NCBI RefSeq assembly: GCF_006345805.1
Contig: NC_043009.1
Location: 65,596,001 to 65,660,000 of the forward strand
Length of the DNA: 64,000 nt
Source: Octopus sinensis
Lineage: Eukaryota
Direction of reading: 5' to 3'
In this document: positions 14,001-27,460 of the stretch, one piece after another
Layout of the letters: every line of letters starts with the position of its first letter
Numbering within the stretch: the first letter of the stretch is position 1
Position numbers and translations under genes: made by a program
Notes under the pieces: model-generated
Told to the model about the DNA's origin: nothing
Database searches by the model: none
What the model saw: only the letters and a program-made list of their open reading frames with translations

Positions 14001-16232
14001 CGTGTCGGTTCGCCATACGAGATCGATAAAACGACATAGCGGTTCGCCAATCGAGATCGAGAAAATGACGTATCGGTTCGCCAATCGAGATCGATAAAAC
14101 GACATAGCGGTTTGCCAATCGAGATCGATAAAATGACATAGCGGTTCGCCAATCGAGATCGATAAAATGACATAGCGGTTCGCCAATCGAGATCGATAAA
14201 GGACATAGCGGTTCGCCAATCGAGATCGATAAAATGACAGCGGTTCGCTAATCGAGATCGATAAACGGACATAGCGGGTCGCCAATAGTGATCGATAAAA
14301 TGACATAGCGGTTCGTTAATCGTAATCGATAAAGTGACATAGCGGTTCGCTAATCGAGATCGATAAAATGACATAACGGTACGCCGATCGAGATCGATAA
14401 AAGGACATAGCGGTTCGCCAATCGAGATCGATAAAATGACGTAGCGGTTTGCCAATCGAGATCGATAAAAGGACATAGCGGTTCGCCAATCGAGATCGAT
14501 AAAATGTCTTAGCGGTTCGCCAATCGAGATCGATAAAATGACATAGCGGTTCGTCAATCGAGATCGATAAAATGACATAGCGGTTTGCTAATCGAGATCG
14601 ATATAAGGACATATTGGTTCGCCAATCGAGAACGATAAAATGACATAGCGGTTCGCCAATCGAGATCAATAAAAGGGCATAGCGGTTCGCCAATCGAGAT
14701 CGATAAAAGCACATAGCGATTCGCCATTCGAGATCGATAAAAGGACATAGCGGTTCGCCAATCGAGATCGATAAAAGGATATATCGGTTCGCCAATCAAG
14801 ATCGATAAAATGAAGTAACGGTTCGCTAATCGATATCGATAAAATGACATAGCGTTTTGCCAATCGAGATGGATGAAATGACATAGCGCTCCGCCAATCG
14901 AGATGGATGAAATGACATAGCGGTTCATCAATCGAGATCGATAAAATGACATATCGGTTCGCCAATCGAGATCGATAAAAATACATAGCGGTTCGCCAAT
15001 CGAGATCGATAAAATGACATAGCTTTTCGCCATTCGAGTTCGATAAAAGGACGTAGCGGTTCGCCAATCGAGATCGATAAAAGGACATAGCGGTTCGCCA
15101 ATCGGGATCGATAAAAGGACATAGAGTTTCGCCATTCGAGATCGATAAAAGGACATAGCGGTTCGCCAATCGAGATCGATAAATGGATATATCGGTTCGC
15201 CAATCGAGATCGATAAAATGACTTAGCGGTTCGCCAATCGAGATCGATAAAATGACGTAGCGGTTCGATAATCGAGATCGATAAAATGACATAGCGTTTT
15301 GCCAATCGAGATGGATGAAATGACATAGCGGTTCGCCAATCGAGATGGATGAAATGACATAGCGGTTCGTCAATCGAGATCGATAAAATGACAACGGTTA
15401 GTTAATCGAGATCGATAAAATGACATAGTGGTTCGCCAATCGAGATCGATAAAATGACATAGCGGTTCGCCATTCGAGATCGATAAAAGGACATAGCGGT
15501 TCGCCAATCGAGTTCGATAAAATGACAGTGGTTCGCCAATCGGGATCGATAAAATAAACATAGTGGTTCGCCAATCGAGATCGATAAAAGGACATATCGG
15601 TTCGCCAATCGAGATCGATAAAATGACGTAGCGGTTCGCCAATCGAGACCGATAAAAGGACATAGCGATTCGCCAATCGAGATCGATAAAATGACGTAGC
15701 GTATCGATAATCGAGATCGATAAAATGACATAGCGGTTCGCCAATCGAGATCGATAAAATAACATAGCGGTACGCCAATCGAGATCGATAAAATGACATA
15801 TCGGTTCGCCATTCGAGATCGATAAAATGACATAGCGGTTCGCGAATCGAGATCGATAAAATGAAATAGCAATTCGCCAATCGAGATCGATAAAATGACA
15901 TAGCGGTTCGGCAATTGAGATCGAGGAAATGACGTAGCGGTTCGCCAATCGAGATCGATAAAATGACGTAGCGGTTCGATAATCGAGATCGATAAAATGA
16001 CATAGCAATTCGCCAATCGAGATCGATAAAATAACATTGCGGTTCGCCAATCGAGATCGTTGAAATGACATAGCGGTTCTCCAATCGAGATCGATAAAAT
16101 GACATAGCGGTTCGCCAATCGAGATCGATAAAATGACATAGCGGTTCGCCTATCGAGATCGATAAAATAACATAGCAGTTCGTCAATCGATTTCGATGAA
16201 ATGACATAGCGGTCCGCCAAACATAGATCGAC
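8045..16232. repeat. 34-bp tandem satellite/minisatellite, ~240 monomers, with higher-order duplications
   Basis: Consensus CGCCAATCGAGATCGATAAAATGACATAGCGGTT repeated head-to-tail without spacers. Edge units are more diverged. Confidence 0.97.
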
Positions 16233-16234
16233 AA

Positions 16235-16441
16235 CAAAATATATTTGACAGCAAGCCACACTCTTTGATAGAGAAGGATCTCAGATTTCCAAACTCTGCT
16301 CGATCACTATCAAAGTTATCACTGGCCGTAAAAGATGACGCTGAATATCCACAATACAAATCCGTTGTCAGCATCCGACGCAATCAACGCAACAATTGGA
16401 ATCTTCCAGTGGATCTTACACACGAGCATTTTACCTATTGA
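16235..16441 (+). pseudogene. Possible kinase C-lobe (subdomain X-XI) relic
   Basis: Open frame QNIFDSKPHSLIEKDLRFPNSARSLSKLSLAVKDDAEYPQYKSVV..., with QHP available in another frame. Resembles PIM DIPFEHDEEII...F...S..QHLIRWCLALRPSDRP...NHP. Confidence 0.33.
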
Positions 16442-17183
16442 CGGAACAACACAAGTTTTGGTGGTAACTCACATAATAAGAAAATAAACCATTTGTTCTG
16501 TATTAATACTCTCAAGATGTGTCCGCAGCATAAGTATTTCTTCACCGTATCTATGATGTTAAAGTGCAACAAGGAATCGGCGAGTATTCTAAATTTCCCT
16601 TCAAGTTTTATGAAAAATAGAAAACCTGACTCTGACTGATGGATTCATACTTAAAGATTGCCTCTTTGATCAAAGAACCCGATCAAGATATATAAAATTA
16701 CTTAGGAGTGTTGACAAAAGAAGATCCGGAAATATTACAGGAAAATACGTCTGACATTTTGAGCGAATTCAATGCGGTTCACAGGTTGAAATCAATCAAG
16801 TCCCGACTTAACCCGTATAATACCCGACTTAACGCACAACCTCACTGTGTACAACTGAAAACTGAACGATACCAAGAGACTGGACTCCAAGACATTCGAG
16901 CTGTTGATTGTAATACACCACTTGAAAGCAAATCCCTACAGGTTCTAGCTTCTAAGGGCTTTACGGGGACAAAGCTTTGGCTAACACGAATTGACCTTCA
17001 AAATTATATCTTTTCATCTTGACATCAGTTTAACAAAAGCAGAGTGAGTCATTAAATATCAGATCAAATTGGCAAAGTGTATTTTCAATCGCTCAGGCCG
17101 CTCGAAGTTTTCTTTATGTCAGCTATCAAAATTAGTTCGCAAACTTCTGCTTTTTAGTCAAGGGTGTGGCACACCATCGATGC

Positions 17184-17595
17184 TCTCTTTACTCTCTCTT
17201 TTACTTGTTTCAGTCATTTGACTGCGGCCATGCTGGAGCACCGCCTTTAGTCGACCAAATCGACCCCGGGACTTATTCTTTGTAAGCCCAGTACTTATTC
17301 TATCGGTCTATTTTGCCGAACCACTAAGTTACGGGGACGTAAACACACCAGCATCAGTTGTCAAGCAATGCTAGGGAGGCAAACACAGATACACAAACAC
17401 ACACACATACACATACATATATATACATATATACGACAGGCTTCTTTCAGTTTCCGTCTACCAAATCCACTCACAAGGCATTGGTCGGCCCGGGGCTATA
17501 GCAGAAGACACTTGCCCAAAATGCCACGCAGTGGGACTGAACCCGGAATCATGTGGTTGGTTAGCAAGCTACTTACCACACAGTCACTCCTACGC
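17184..17595 (-). mobile_element. SINE group A, full length
   Basis: Reverse complement of the complete A unit including head and tail. Confidence 0.92.
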
Positions 17596-18349
17596 TCATT
17601 TACTATTCCATCACTTCTCACAAACATTTCAGTGAAGTCTTATCCAAAAACCAAAAAAGAAAAGTAAATAAAGACCAAGCAGTCTATTCGGATCGAACAT
17701 CAGGCCCCAATTGGATCCACCAAAGAACAGAATATAGCTTTGATCCCACACTGACAATTATCCACTCAAGTTCTTAAAAAGTTCTTTATTCCTCTTTGCC
17801 AAAATTCACACATCGTTTCTTGGACAATCGTTTACCGTTTCACTCCAATGAAATAGTCATGATATCCTCTCTTCTTACCATTCATATATAATGCTTTCTA
17901 AAACCAGTTTTGAGTATTTCGACTAATTTTTTGTCTTCTGTTTTTTTGTGTGTGTGTTCTCCATTAATAAAACGAGCGCGTTCTCCCACATTTCCTATTT
18001 AATTAACTCGTTAATTCCTTCTCTCTACGCATTCTGCTGGGAATGATGCCTTCAAATTCTAGTTTCGTGCTCACCTCCCGAAAACCTATCTAGATTTACA
18101 GTAAAGTAGATAACTTTGAGGTTTGTATAGCTAACTTCGATAACCGGTGAACATCTGTCTCTTTGATAGCTTAACAAATTCGACTTGATCAGGAAATACT
18201 TTCGGAACCTATCAGACTGAGCCATTCCAATTTCCATTAAATCTAATGAGTAAGTTATTTCTACGAAAGTGGCCCAAATCCCCGATGAAACCAACCGATT
18301 AATCATACAGGCCATAAAGCAAGCATAGTTTTTATGCAAAAATTCGAAT

Positions 18350-19285
18350 CTTTGCGGAACACCGCAGTCCCCGAACCCGACGGCATTTGAACTCAGAACG
18401 TAGAGACGAAAGAAAATAATTTTTCTCAATGTGCTAAAGATTGAGCCAGCTTGATGCCTGTTTCAGATTTGAGCACAAGGCCAGCAATATTTTTGTGGGG
18501 TGGGCTCAGTCATCTACATCGACCACAGCACTTGACTGATATTATATTTTATCGATAATGAAAAGTAAAGTTGACCTCGGCGGGATTTGAACCCATAATG
18601 TAAACAACCGGAAGAAATGGTGCTGGTCTTTTTGTCCGATGTGCGAACGATTCTGCCATTGAAATGTTTGTAACAATAACTCTTCCCACAAACGGCACAA
18701 AACCTGGAGTTTTAAGAGAGAGGGTTAATCGATTACATCGATCTTAAGGGTCAGTTGGCTCTTATTTTATCAATCCCGAAAAAGTGAATGACAAAGTAGA
18801 CCATGGCGGAATTTGAACTCAGAACTTAAAGCTGGGAGAAATGCACCAAGCACCTTATCCGACGCGCTAACGGCTCTGCCAGTTCACCATTTTGTTTCAA
18901 ACGTTCGCACGAGGCCAGCATCTTACAAAGATTCCAGGACTTGACTGAAGCTTTATTTTATCGACCCCGGAGATCTGAAAGGCAAAGTTGAGTTCGCCGG
19001 GATTGGAACTCAGAACGTAAAGACGAACGAAATGCCGCTAAGCAATAATAATAATAATATTAATAATAATAATAACAATAATCCTTTCTACTGGCGACAC
19101 AAGGACTCAGATTTGTAGGGAGGGGACCAGTCGACCCCAGTATTTCACTGGTACTTAATTTATGGACCCTGAAAGGATGAAAGGTAAAGTCAACCTCCGC
19201 GGAACTTGAACTCAGAACGCAGCGATAGGCGAAATACCGCTAAGCATTTCGTCCAGCGGGCTAACGTTTCTGCCAGCTCACCTTA
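18350..19285 (-). mobile_element. Cluster of about five diverged SINE B copies, same orientation
   Basis: Repeated GACC..GGCGGAATTTGAACTCAGAAC motifs near 18380, 18575, 18805, 18995 and 19195. Confidence 0.75.
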
Positions 19286-19348
19286 TTATTATTTATTATT
19301 ATTAATTATTATTATTATTATTATTATTATTACTACTACTACTACTAT

Positions 19349-19446
<98 letters not shown>

Positions 19447-19555
19447 GATAGATAGATAAATAGAGAGAGAAACAGTGTCAGGCAGACAGACAGATAGACA
19501 GACAGACAGACAGACAGATAGACAGACAGTCAGACAGGCAGACAGACAGACAGAC

Positions 19556-19589
<34 letters not shown>

Positions 19590-19685
19590 AGAGAGAGAGA
19601 GAGAGAGACAGGCAGATAGACAGAGAGAGAGAGATGGATGAATAGACAGACAGACAGACACACACACACACACACAGACAGATAT

Positions 19686-19718
<33 letters not shown>

Positions 19719-19745
19719 GAGAGAGAGAGAGAGAGAGAGAGGGAG
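19286..19745. repeat. Compound microsatellite (TTA)-(CTA)-(ATA)-(AGAT)-(AGAC)-(AG)
   Basis: Read directly from the sequence. Confidence 0.95.
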
Positions 19746-20164
19746 ATAGTTAGGTGGCTTATAACAGTGATAAGTCCGATGATTGCTAGCGTTAGTTATT
19801 GATGAGGAGGTAAGAAGCTGTAACAAAATGAAAAAGGAAAAGAATTCAATTAATTTTCTCCAGAAACTGGTATTTGTTTAAATGATTCAAGAGCGAACCT
19901 TCTTCCTCTCACGGTATCTTAACTTTCCGTGGCTTTCCTCTGCAGAGATATTCCTGTGTTGTGTGTTGCGATCTTTGTTTTTATTGGTTGATTGCTGCTC
20001 CTTTTCCATTGTTTGTTGTGTGTCTTTGAACGCAACGTTGATTGATTAGTTGGTTTCCTCGGTTTTCTAGTCCTGTTTTTTGTTTTTTGTCTTATTTTTT
20101 TTGCTTATTATTTATTTGTTTGCTGCGCCCTCTGCTCCGTTGTGGTGTATTGTGTGTCGTATAT

Positions 20165-20501
20165 GCATGTGTGTGTGTGTGTATGCATGTGTGTGAGTGT
20201 GTGTGTATGTGTGTGTGTATGTGTGTGTGTATGTGTGTGTGTGTATGTGTATGTGTGTGTATGTGTGTGTGCGTGTATGTGTGTGTGTGTATGTGTGTGT
20301 GTATGTGTGTATGTGTGTGTGTGTATTTGTGTGTGTGTGTGTGTGCGTGTGCGTGTGTGTGTGTGTATGTGTGTGTGTATGTGTGTATGTGTGTGTGTGT
20401 GTATTTGTGTGTGTGTGTGTGTGTGCGTGTGCGTTTGTGTGTGTGTATGTGTGTGTGTATGTGTGTATGTGTGTGTGTGTATGTGTGTGTGTGCGTGTGC
20501 G

Positions 20502-20559
<58 letters not shown>

Positions 20560-20560
20560 G
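20165..20560. repeat. Imperfect (TG)n microsatellite
   Basis: Read directly from the sequence. Confidence 0.95.
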
Positions 20561-21593
20561 AGACGGGGTAGCTGGTGTATGAGGTCAGATGTTAGCGGAA
20601 AACGAAGAGACAAAAGGGAAAAAAAATAATAATCCGACAAACTAAGGATTTTGAAGATAACAGAAGCGTAAAAAATCGGAAGGAGGAGATATATATAGAG
20701 AGAGACAGATAGACAGAAACAGAGAGACAGAGAGGGGGTGAGAGTGAGGGAATGAGAGAGAGAGAGAGAGAGAGGAGGGAGATGATGGCGGAAGGTGAAG
20801 AGAGGTTAAATGTCATAGAAAAATAAACAAACATGAGCGATATGAGGTATAGCATACGGGAAATGTGAATGCCTGAAAAAAAAAAGAGAAAAATAGAAAA
20901 GGAAGAGAAGGGAGTAGAGAGAGAACGTGGCGGAGGAGACAGAGAGAGGGGTGTTTGGTAATTGGTTAGCTTTAAAGATAATAATGATTCCGTTATATTT
21001 CGATTTCCCTTGGGTGAGGTTATATCTACTTTCACACAGACACACACACATATGGTGGCAGTGTGTAGACTCTCTCTCTCTCTCTCTCACACACACACAA
21101 ATACGTACATACATACATACATAAATATATATATGTATATAAGTATATATTAATATATGTATATATGGATATATGTAGATACACACACACACATATTGGA
21201 AAGGTATAAAGATAGAGATATTCTAGTCAATTGTAAATAAATCTTTGAATAAGCTTGCGTAAGTTTAAATTTGCGATTATACAATTTTGCGGCGGCACGC
21301 TTTCGTCTATGTTTGCTCGACCCCAATGGTTACCTTGTCCCCATAAAAATGTGCTTTCTGATGCACATGCCGTAAAATAAAGGGTAACATCATTCCTAGT
21401 CAGAGTGTCATATACTTCTCATTCCTCAGCGAAACAAGTGACCACCACCGTCTGAATATATTATAATTTCTATTTATAGTTATTTACGCTAAGTGAGGGG
21501 CTCTCCTGCAGTAATCAGCATTTTATTTTCAAACTCTTCTTCTCTCTCCCCTTCTCTCTCTCTCTCTCTCTGTCACACACACACACATACACA

Positions 21594-21644
<51 letters not shown>

Positions 21645-22138
21645 TAAATTAGAGATAAAACCACTATTAGGCAAATCATACAATGAAAAATTTAAGCCAA
21701 TACATAAGATTAATTAATTTATATTATTTTAAATATATATCAAAATTATTAAAAAAAGATAATTAGTATAACACATATATATTGTTAAAATTCGGGATGG
21801 TCGTTATTATTATTATTTTAATTTTTTGTTTTGCCAAATAAACACACGCACTGTATATTCGTTCTTCACTCGTTTATTACTGTTCTTATTCTAACTCATG
21901 TACATTGTCCAGAAATCTTTTGTCACACTTCTGTGACCGCTTCAGCGACACTTTCAGTCTTCGTGTGTCCTCCTGTTCCGCTCAGTTCATTTTATCATAT
22001 ATATATATGTGTGTGTGTGTGTGTGGTGTGTGTGTGTGTGTGTTGTGTATGTGTGTGTGTGTGTGTGTGTAACCTCGTGTGTACCGTTGGCGATTTTTTT
22101 TCCTCTGTCTTCCTTCTCTGGATCTTTCCTTCTCCTAT

Positions 22139-22173
22139 GTTTCCGACGAAGAGCTCCGCTCGAAACATTAAAC
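22139..22173 (+). ncRNA. Minimal hammerhead-like motif, copy 1 (palindrome broken)
   Basis: GTTT-CCGACGA-A-GAGC(TCC)GCTC-GAAA-CA-TT-AAAC. Has ACAT instead of ACGT. Confidence 0.4.
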
Positions 22174-22666
22174 CTTCCTTCTTTCCTTCTTTCCTGAGCG
22201 TCCAATAATATTATATTTGTTCCACGTCCACGCGTTGTTGTGTTTTTTGTGCTTTCTTGTTTGGATTAACTTTATATATATTATATATATATATAATATA
22301 TATATATATTATATTAAATTAGAGATAAAACCACTATTAGGCAAATCATACAATGAAAAATTTAAGCCAATACATAAGATTAATTAATTTATATTATTTT
22401 AAATATATATCAAAATTATTAAAAAAAGATAATTAGTATAACACATATATATTGTTAAAATTCGGGATGGTCGTTATTATTATTATTTTAATTTTTTGTT
22501 TTGCCAAATAAACACACGCACTTTATATTCGTTCTTCACTCGTTTATTACTGTTCTTATTCTAACTCATGTACATTGTCCAGAAATCTTTTGTCACACTT
22601 CTGTGACCGCTTCAGCGACACTTTCAGTCTTCGTGTGTCCTCCTGTTCCGCTCAGTTCATTTTATC

Positions 22667-22725
<59 letters not shown>

Positions 22726-22813
22726 TGTGTATGTGTGTGTGTGTAACCTCGTGTGTACCGTTGGCGATTTTTTTTCCTCTGTCTTCCCTTCTCTGGATCT
22801 TTCCTTCTCCTAT

Positions 22814-22848
22814 GTTTCCGACGAAGAGCTCCGCTCGAAACGTTAAAC
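22814..22848 (+). ncRNA. Minimal hammerhead-like motif, copy 2
   Basis: GTTT-CCGACGA-A-GAGC(TCC)GCTC-GAAA-CG-TT-AAAC. Perfect stems I and II and a self-complementary ACGT. Core has U4C. Confidence 0.55.
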
Positions 22849-22943
22849 CTTCCTTCTTTCCTTCTTTCCTGAGCGTCCAATAATATTATATTTGTTCCAC
22901 GTCCACGCGTTGTTGTGTTTTTTGTGCTTTCTTGTTTGGATTA

Positions 22944-24150
<1,207 letters not shown>

Positions 24151-24939
24151 TCTTAACAATTAAGCCATACTGCGCCTACGTAAATATAATTGTGAGTGTG
24201 TGTCAGTTGTGTGTGTGTATGTGTGAGCTTGAGCATATCTTATTTCTTGTCGTGAATGCTGTATGTGCATTTGGTCTCCCGTGAAGAAGCACCGAAGCCA
24301 AGTCGCTATTTGCACTTTGAATTTCAAGTAGTTTGCAGGATGGACTTCGACACAGTTCCTAAACAATTTCCTTCACTCCAGTACTTTATATATGGTTTGT
24401 GTGTGTGTGTGTGTGTGTGTGCGTGTGTGTGTGTGTGTGTGTGCATGCGTGTGTGTGTGTGTGTATATGTGTGTATTCTGTTTATGACTTCAACAGTTAC
24501 TTTAATTTTCGTATCATTCGGGTTGAAGCGGCCGTTCTTATTTTGCTTTGGACCTCACTATTTTGTTATTGAAGAGAAAGAATTGATCTTGATTTTATAG
24601 TAAAAATCAGTTGTTTCACGTAAATTTGAGTTTAGTTTTTCGCATCGACTTTCATCATACCCATACATGACATAATCCTCGTAAGAACATAATTTTTATT
24701 TGTCTCAGTGACTTGACATTAGTTGTTTGTAGAAGTCAACATTGAACTTAGAATTCATTTCTCCTTTATTTTTCTACCAAAAGGGCGCAACCATCACAAC
24801 TACGCGCGTCACATTTGACCATAATGGTACACACACACACACTCATATGCAAAGAAAAAGCCATCAATATGCAAAAAACAAACTCTGCAAAAGGTCACAA
24901 GTAACCCATTAGAATGTCTGCAGGAATGTAGAGAGACAA

Positions 24940-25450
24940 ACCCGAAACCCGGAACATTTTTCTCATCAGTAAACCTATTACTACAGTCTCTGCGCCATCG
25001 AATCATTTTATTAAGTTCAACAAAGACGTCTGACATTTTGGATATTCATATGGCAAAGAGCATCGTCTTCATTTCTGCAAAAGCTCCGTGATTGGTTACA
25101 GAAAAGGCAAAGAAATTATGAGGAATTATGACATATTCTTAGAAAGGAGACCTAGTGCTAGATCCTGCGCTAAATTTACCCGAGAACCATCTGGTAAGAT
25201 TAAACATATTAACGACGGGCGTTATTTCGTATACAATCAGTTCTTCTTCATGAGTGCATGTGCACGGTAGCGTGCAGCCCCCTTTCGCCAACTCGTTTGT
25301 CTTCCTGTGTAGTCTTGTACAGTCGTAAAAACCTTCTTGGACCTCAAACTGTGTAGACTGGAGTCACCAGAACCAGAACACAAACCGAAAACCCTATATA
25401 CAAGGCTGCTATGTAATATGAGAAACAAATATATACCCAGGTACCATTCC
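24940..25450 (+). mobile_element. Possible highly decayed Penelope-like RT relic
   Basis: Pieces in PLE RT order across frames: KPGTFF, SDILDIH, IFLERRPS, YFVYNQFF, PPFANSF, FLDLKL. Each is weak alone. Confidence 0.3.
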
Positions 25451-27124
25451 GCATGTGAGAAGTAAAAGTTTTAAATCTTTAGTGAAAGATTGTTTTATTT
25501 TCTACATTTAAACTTTGAAGCAAAAGTCTGTTTCTGCTTTGTATATGAGGGATGGGAGTAGTTTTAGATTCTGTGTCATTGCAGATGTAAATAGAATCGA
25601 GGGAAAAGGAAAATATTTTGTAGTATCTTCTGTGTGATTTCTTGGGATTTAGGTGGAGCAATTATTTGCGAGTTAGTGTTGAATTTCATAACCTCTTAGC
25701 TATTTCGGATCTTCGGAGTATTAAATATAAACAAGATAAATCTGGATTGTGTAGAGCCAGTCTTCTTTCTACACACTGGATTGGTTTCCCGCCGGCAATA
25801 AAAACCGATGAATCTACACATCGACATTTACAACTCCGTCGCTATTTTATATTTTATATTTTATAATGAGATGTTCTGGGCTATTTAAAAGATAAGTGCA
25901 TGACTGTGAACACACAGAACGACTGGAAGAGTTTATGAACGAGCGACAATTCACTTGATCTATCAAAACTTTCAAAATAGCGGAAACGATTATATTAAAA
26001 TATATGATATTGCAAGAAAGGAAAAAATTATTTTAATGAGAAGAGTAATCAATAAGAGATGTATCGATGAAGGAATCAGCTGAAAATATATTGGAAATAT
26101 GAGGAAAATGAAGGATGTCATAAATTGCTAGGCCAAAGTGATCAGACGATGAGAGAAAAATATTAATAGTGTATGTTGACCGAAATTAAAATTATGTTTT
26201 AGGTTATAACTAGAGATACCGTATCTAAACATGGCAGAAATGTGAAGAGAATTCCCTGGGCAAGCAGATCAGAGTATGGAAGAAACGATTTATCAAAGCA
26301 ACCTGGCCAAATTTTAAACAAAATAAATAGACGTAGAAACAAAGTTAAACGAAACGAGCGATAGATAGCGTAAATTAACAGAGGACTTTGGTCAATGTAT
26401 GACACGCGACCTCAAACACAAAACACAAACAATGCTTAAAATATCGTCTAAATGAGAAGAACAGCGAAAGAGCCTCTTCAGAATAAGACAAAAAAAATGA
26501 GCCACATTAGCGTAGAAAGCTAGTCAAAGGACGTTGAACAGCAATTTCAAACAGATTTATCATTTCGTTGATGAATTATTAACAACTTTTGGCTGTAAAG
26601 CAATTACAAAGAAGATTCACTTAACAAAGACCTAGTTCACTGTTTTGAAATCCCTCTCCCGTCTCCCATCTCATTCCCAAACTAATTTACCCTCTCATTT
26701 CCTTTCTAATTCTCTCACTCTTTTTCCCATTGTTTCCTACTTTCACTTTATACGCCCCAAGTTTCAGTTTCTCAGTTTCACTGATTTTCTAATACAAAGA
26801 TGACTTGTTTCCTTTTTGTTTTTTACACACTTACTTTCTCTCTCTCTTCCCCTCTCTTTCACTCTCTCTCTCTCTCCCTCTTTCTCTCTCTTCCTCTCTC
26901 TTTCACTCTCATACACAAACACAAATACTTGTAACCACAAACGCATACATATCCACTCCAAATGACTCCTACACAATTTCGCTCGGAAAATCTTTTCTTC
27001 TCCAGTTGCTCCGTGCTGTGATTCTGGAAACCATTCTTCACTAATTCTTCTTCCCCGTTTTACCTGTTTTAATAGCAGAAACATACATTTCCTTATTCAT
27101 TAATAGAAACAAACAAAAACAAAA

Positions 27125-27311
27125 TATCATCATCATCACCATCACCATCATCAACGTCGTCGTCATCATCATTATCATTACCATCACCATCATCATCATT
27201 ACCATCACCATCATCCTCATCACCATCATCATCATCATCATCACCACCATCTTCATCATCCTCATCATTACCATCATCCCCATCATCATCATTACCATCA
27301 TCCCCATCATC

Positions 27312-27343
<32 letters not shown>

Positions 27344-27370
27344 CATCACCATCATCACTATCATCATCAC

Positions 27371-27429
<59 letters not shown>

Positions 27430-27460
27430 CCACCATCATCATTATCACTATCAATATCAT
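27125..27460. repeat. (CAT)n/(CAC) imperfect trinucleotide tract
   Basis: Read directly; source of the poly-Met ORF. Confidence 0.95.

Larger units (their letters stand above)
21637..22949 (+). mobile_element. Tandem pair of ~670-bp Penelope-like terminal units (family 1) separated and flanked by (TA)n
   Basis: Units are offset by 670-675 bp and differ by a few substitutions and microsatellite lengths. Each ends in a hammerhead-like motif. A weak GIY-YIG-like remnant (...DRFSDTF) lies upstream of it. Confidence 0.65.

Noticed and set aside
8045-16232. CRISPR array
   Set aside because: The 34-bp units are contiguous with no unique spacers, there is no leader or cas gene, and the context is eukaryotic.
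8022-16261. Dozens of overlapping minus-strand ORFs as real repeat proteins
   Set aside because: They follow from a stop-free 34-bp unit. All three frames give the same peptide and frameshifting indels are common.
16708-17022. 104-aa ORF; similarly 18052-18429 and 40636-41106
   Set aside because: Non-ATG or SINE-derived starts, no recognisable motif and no splice support.
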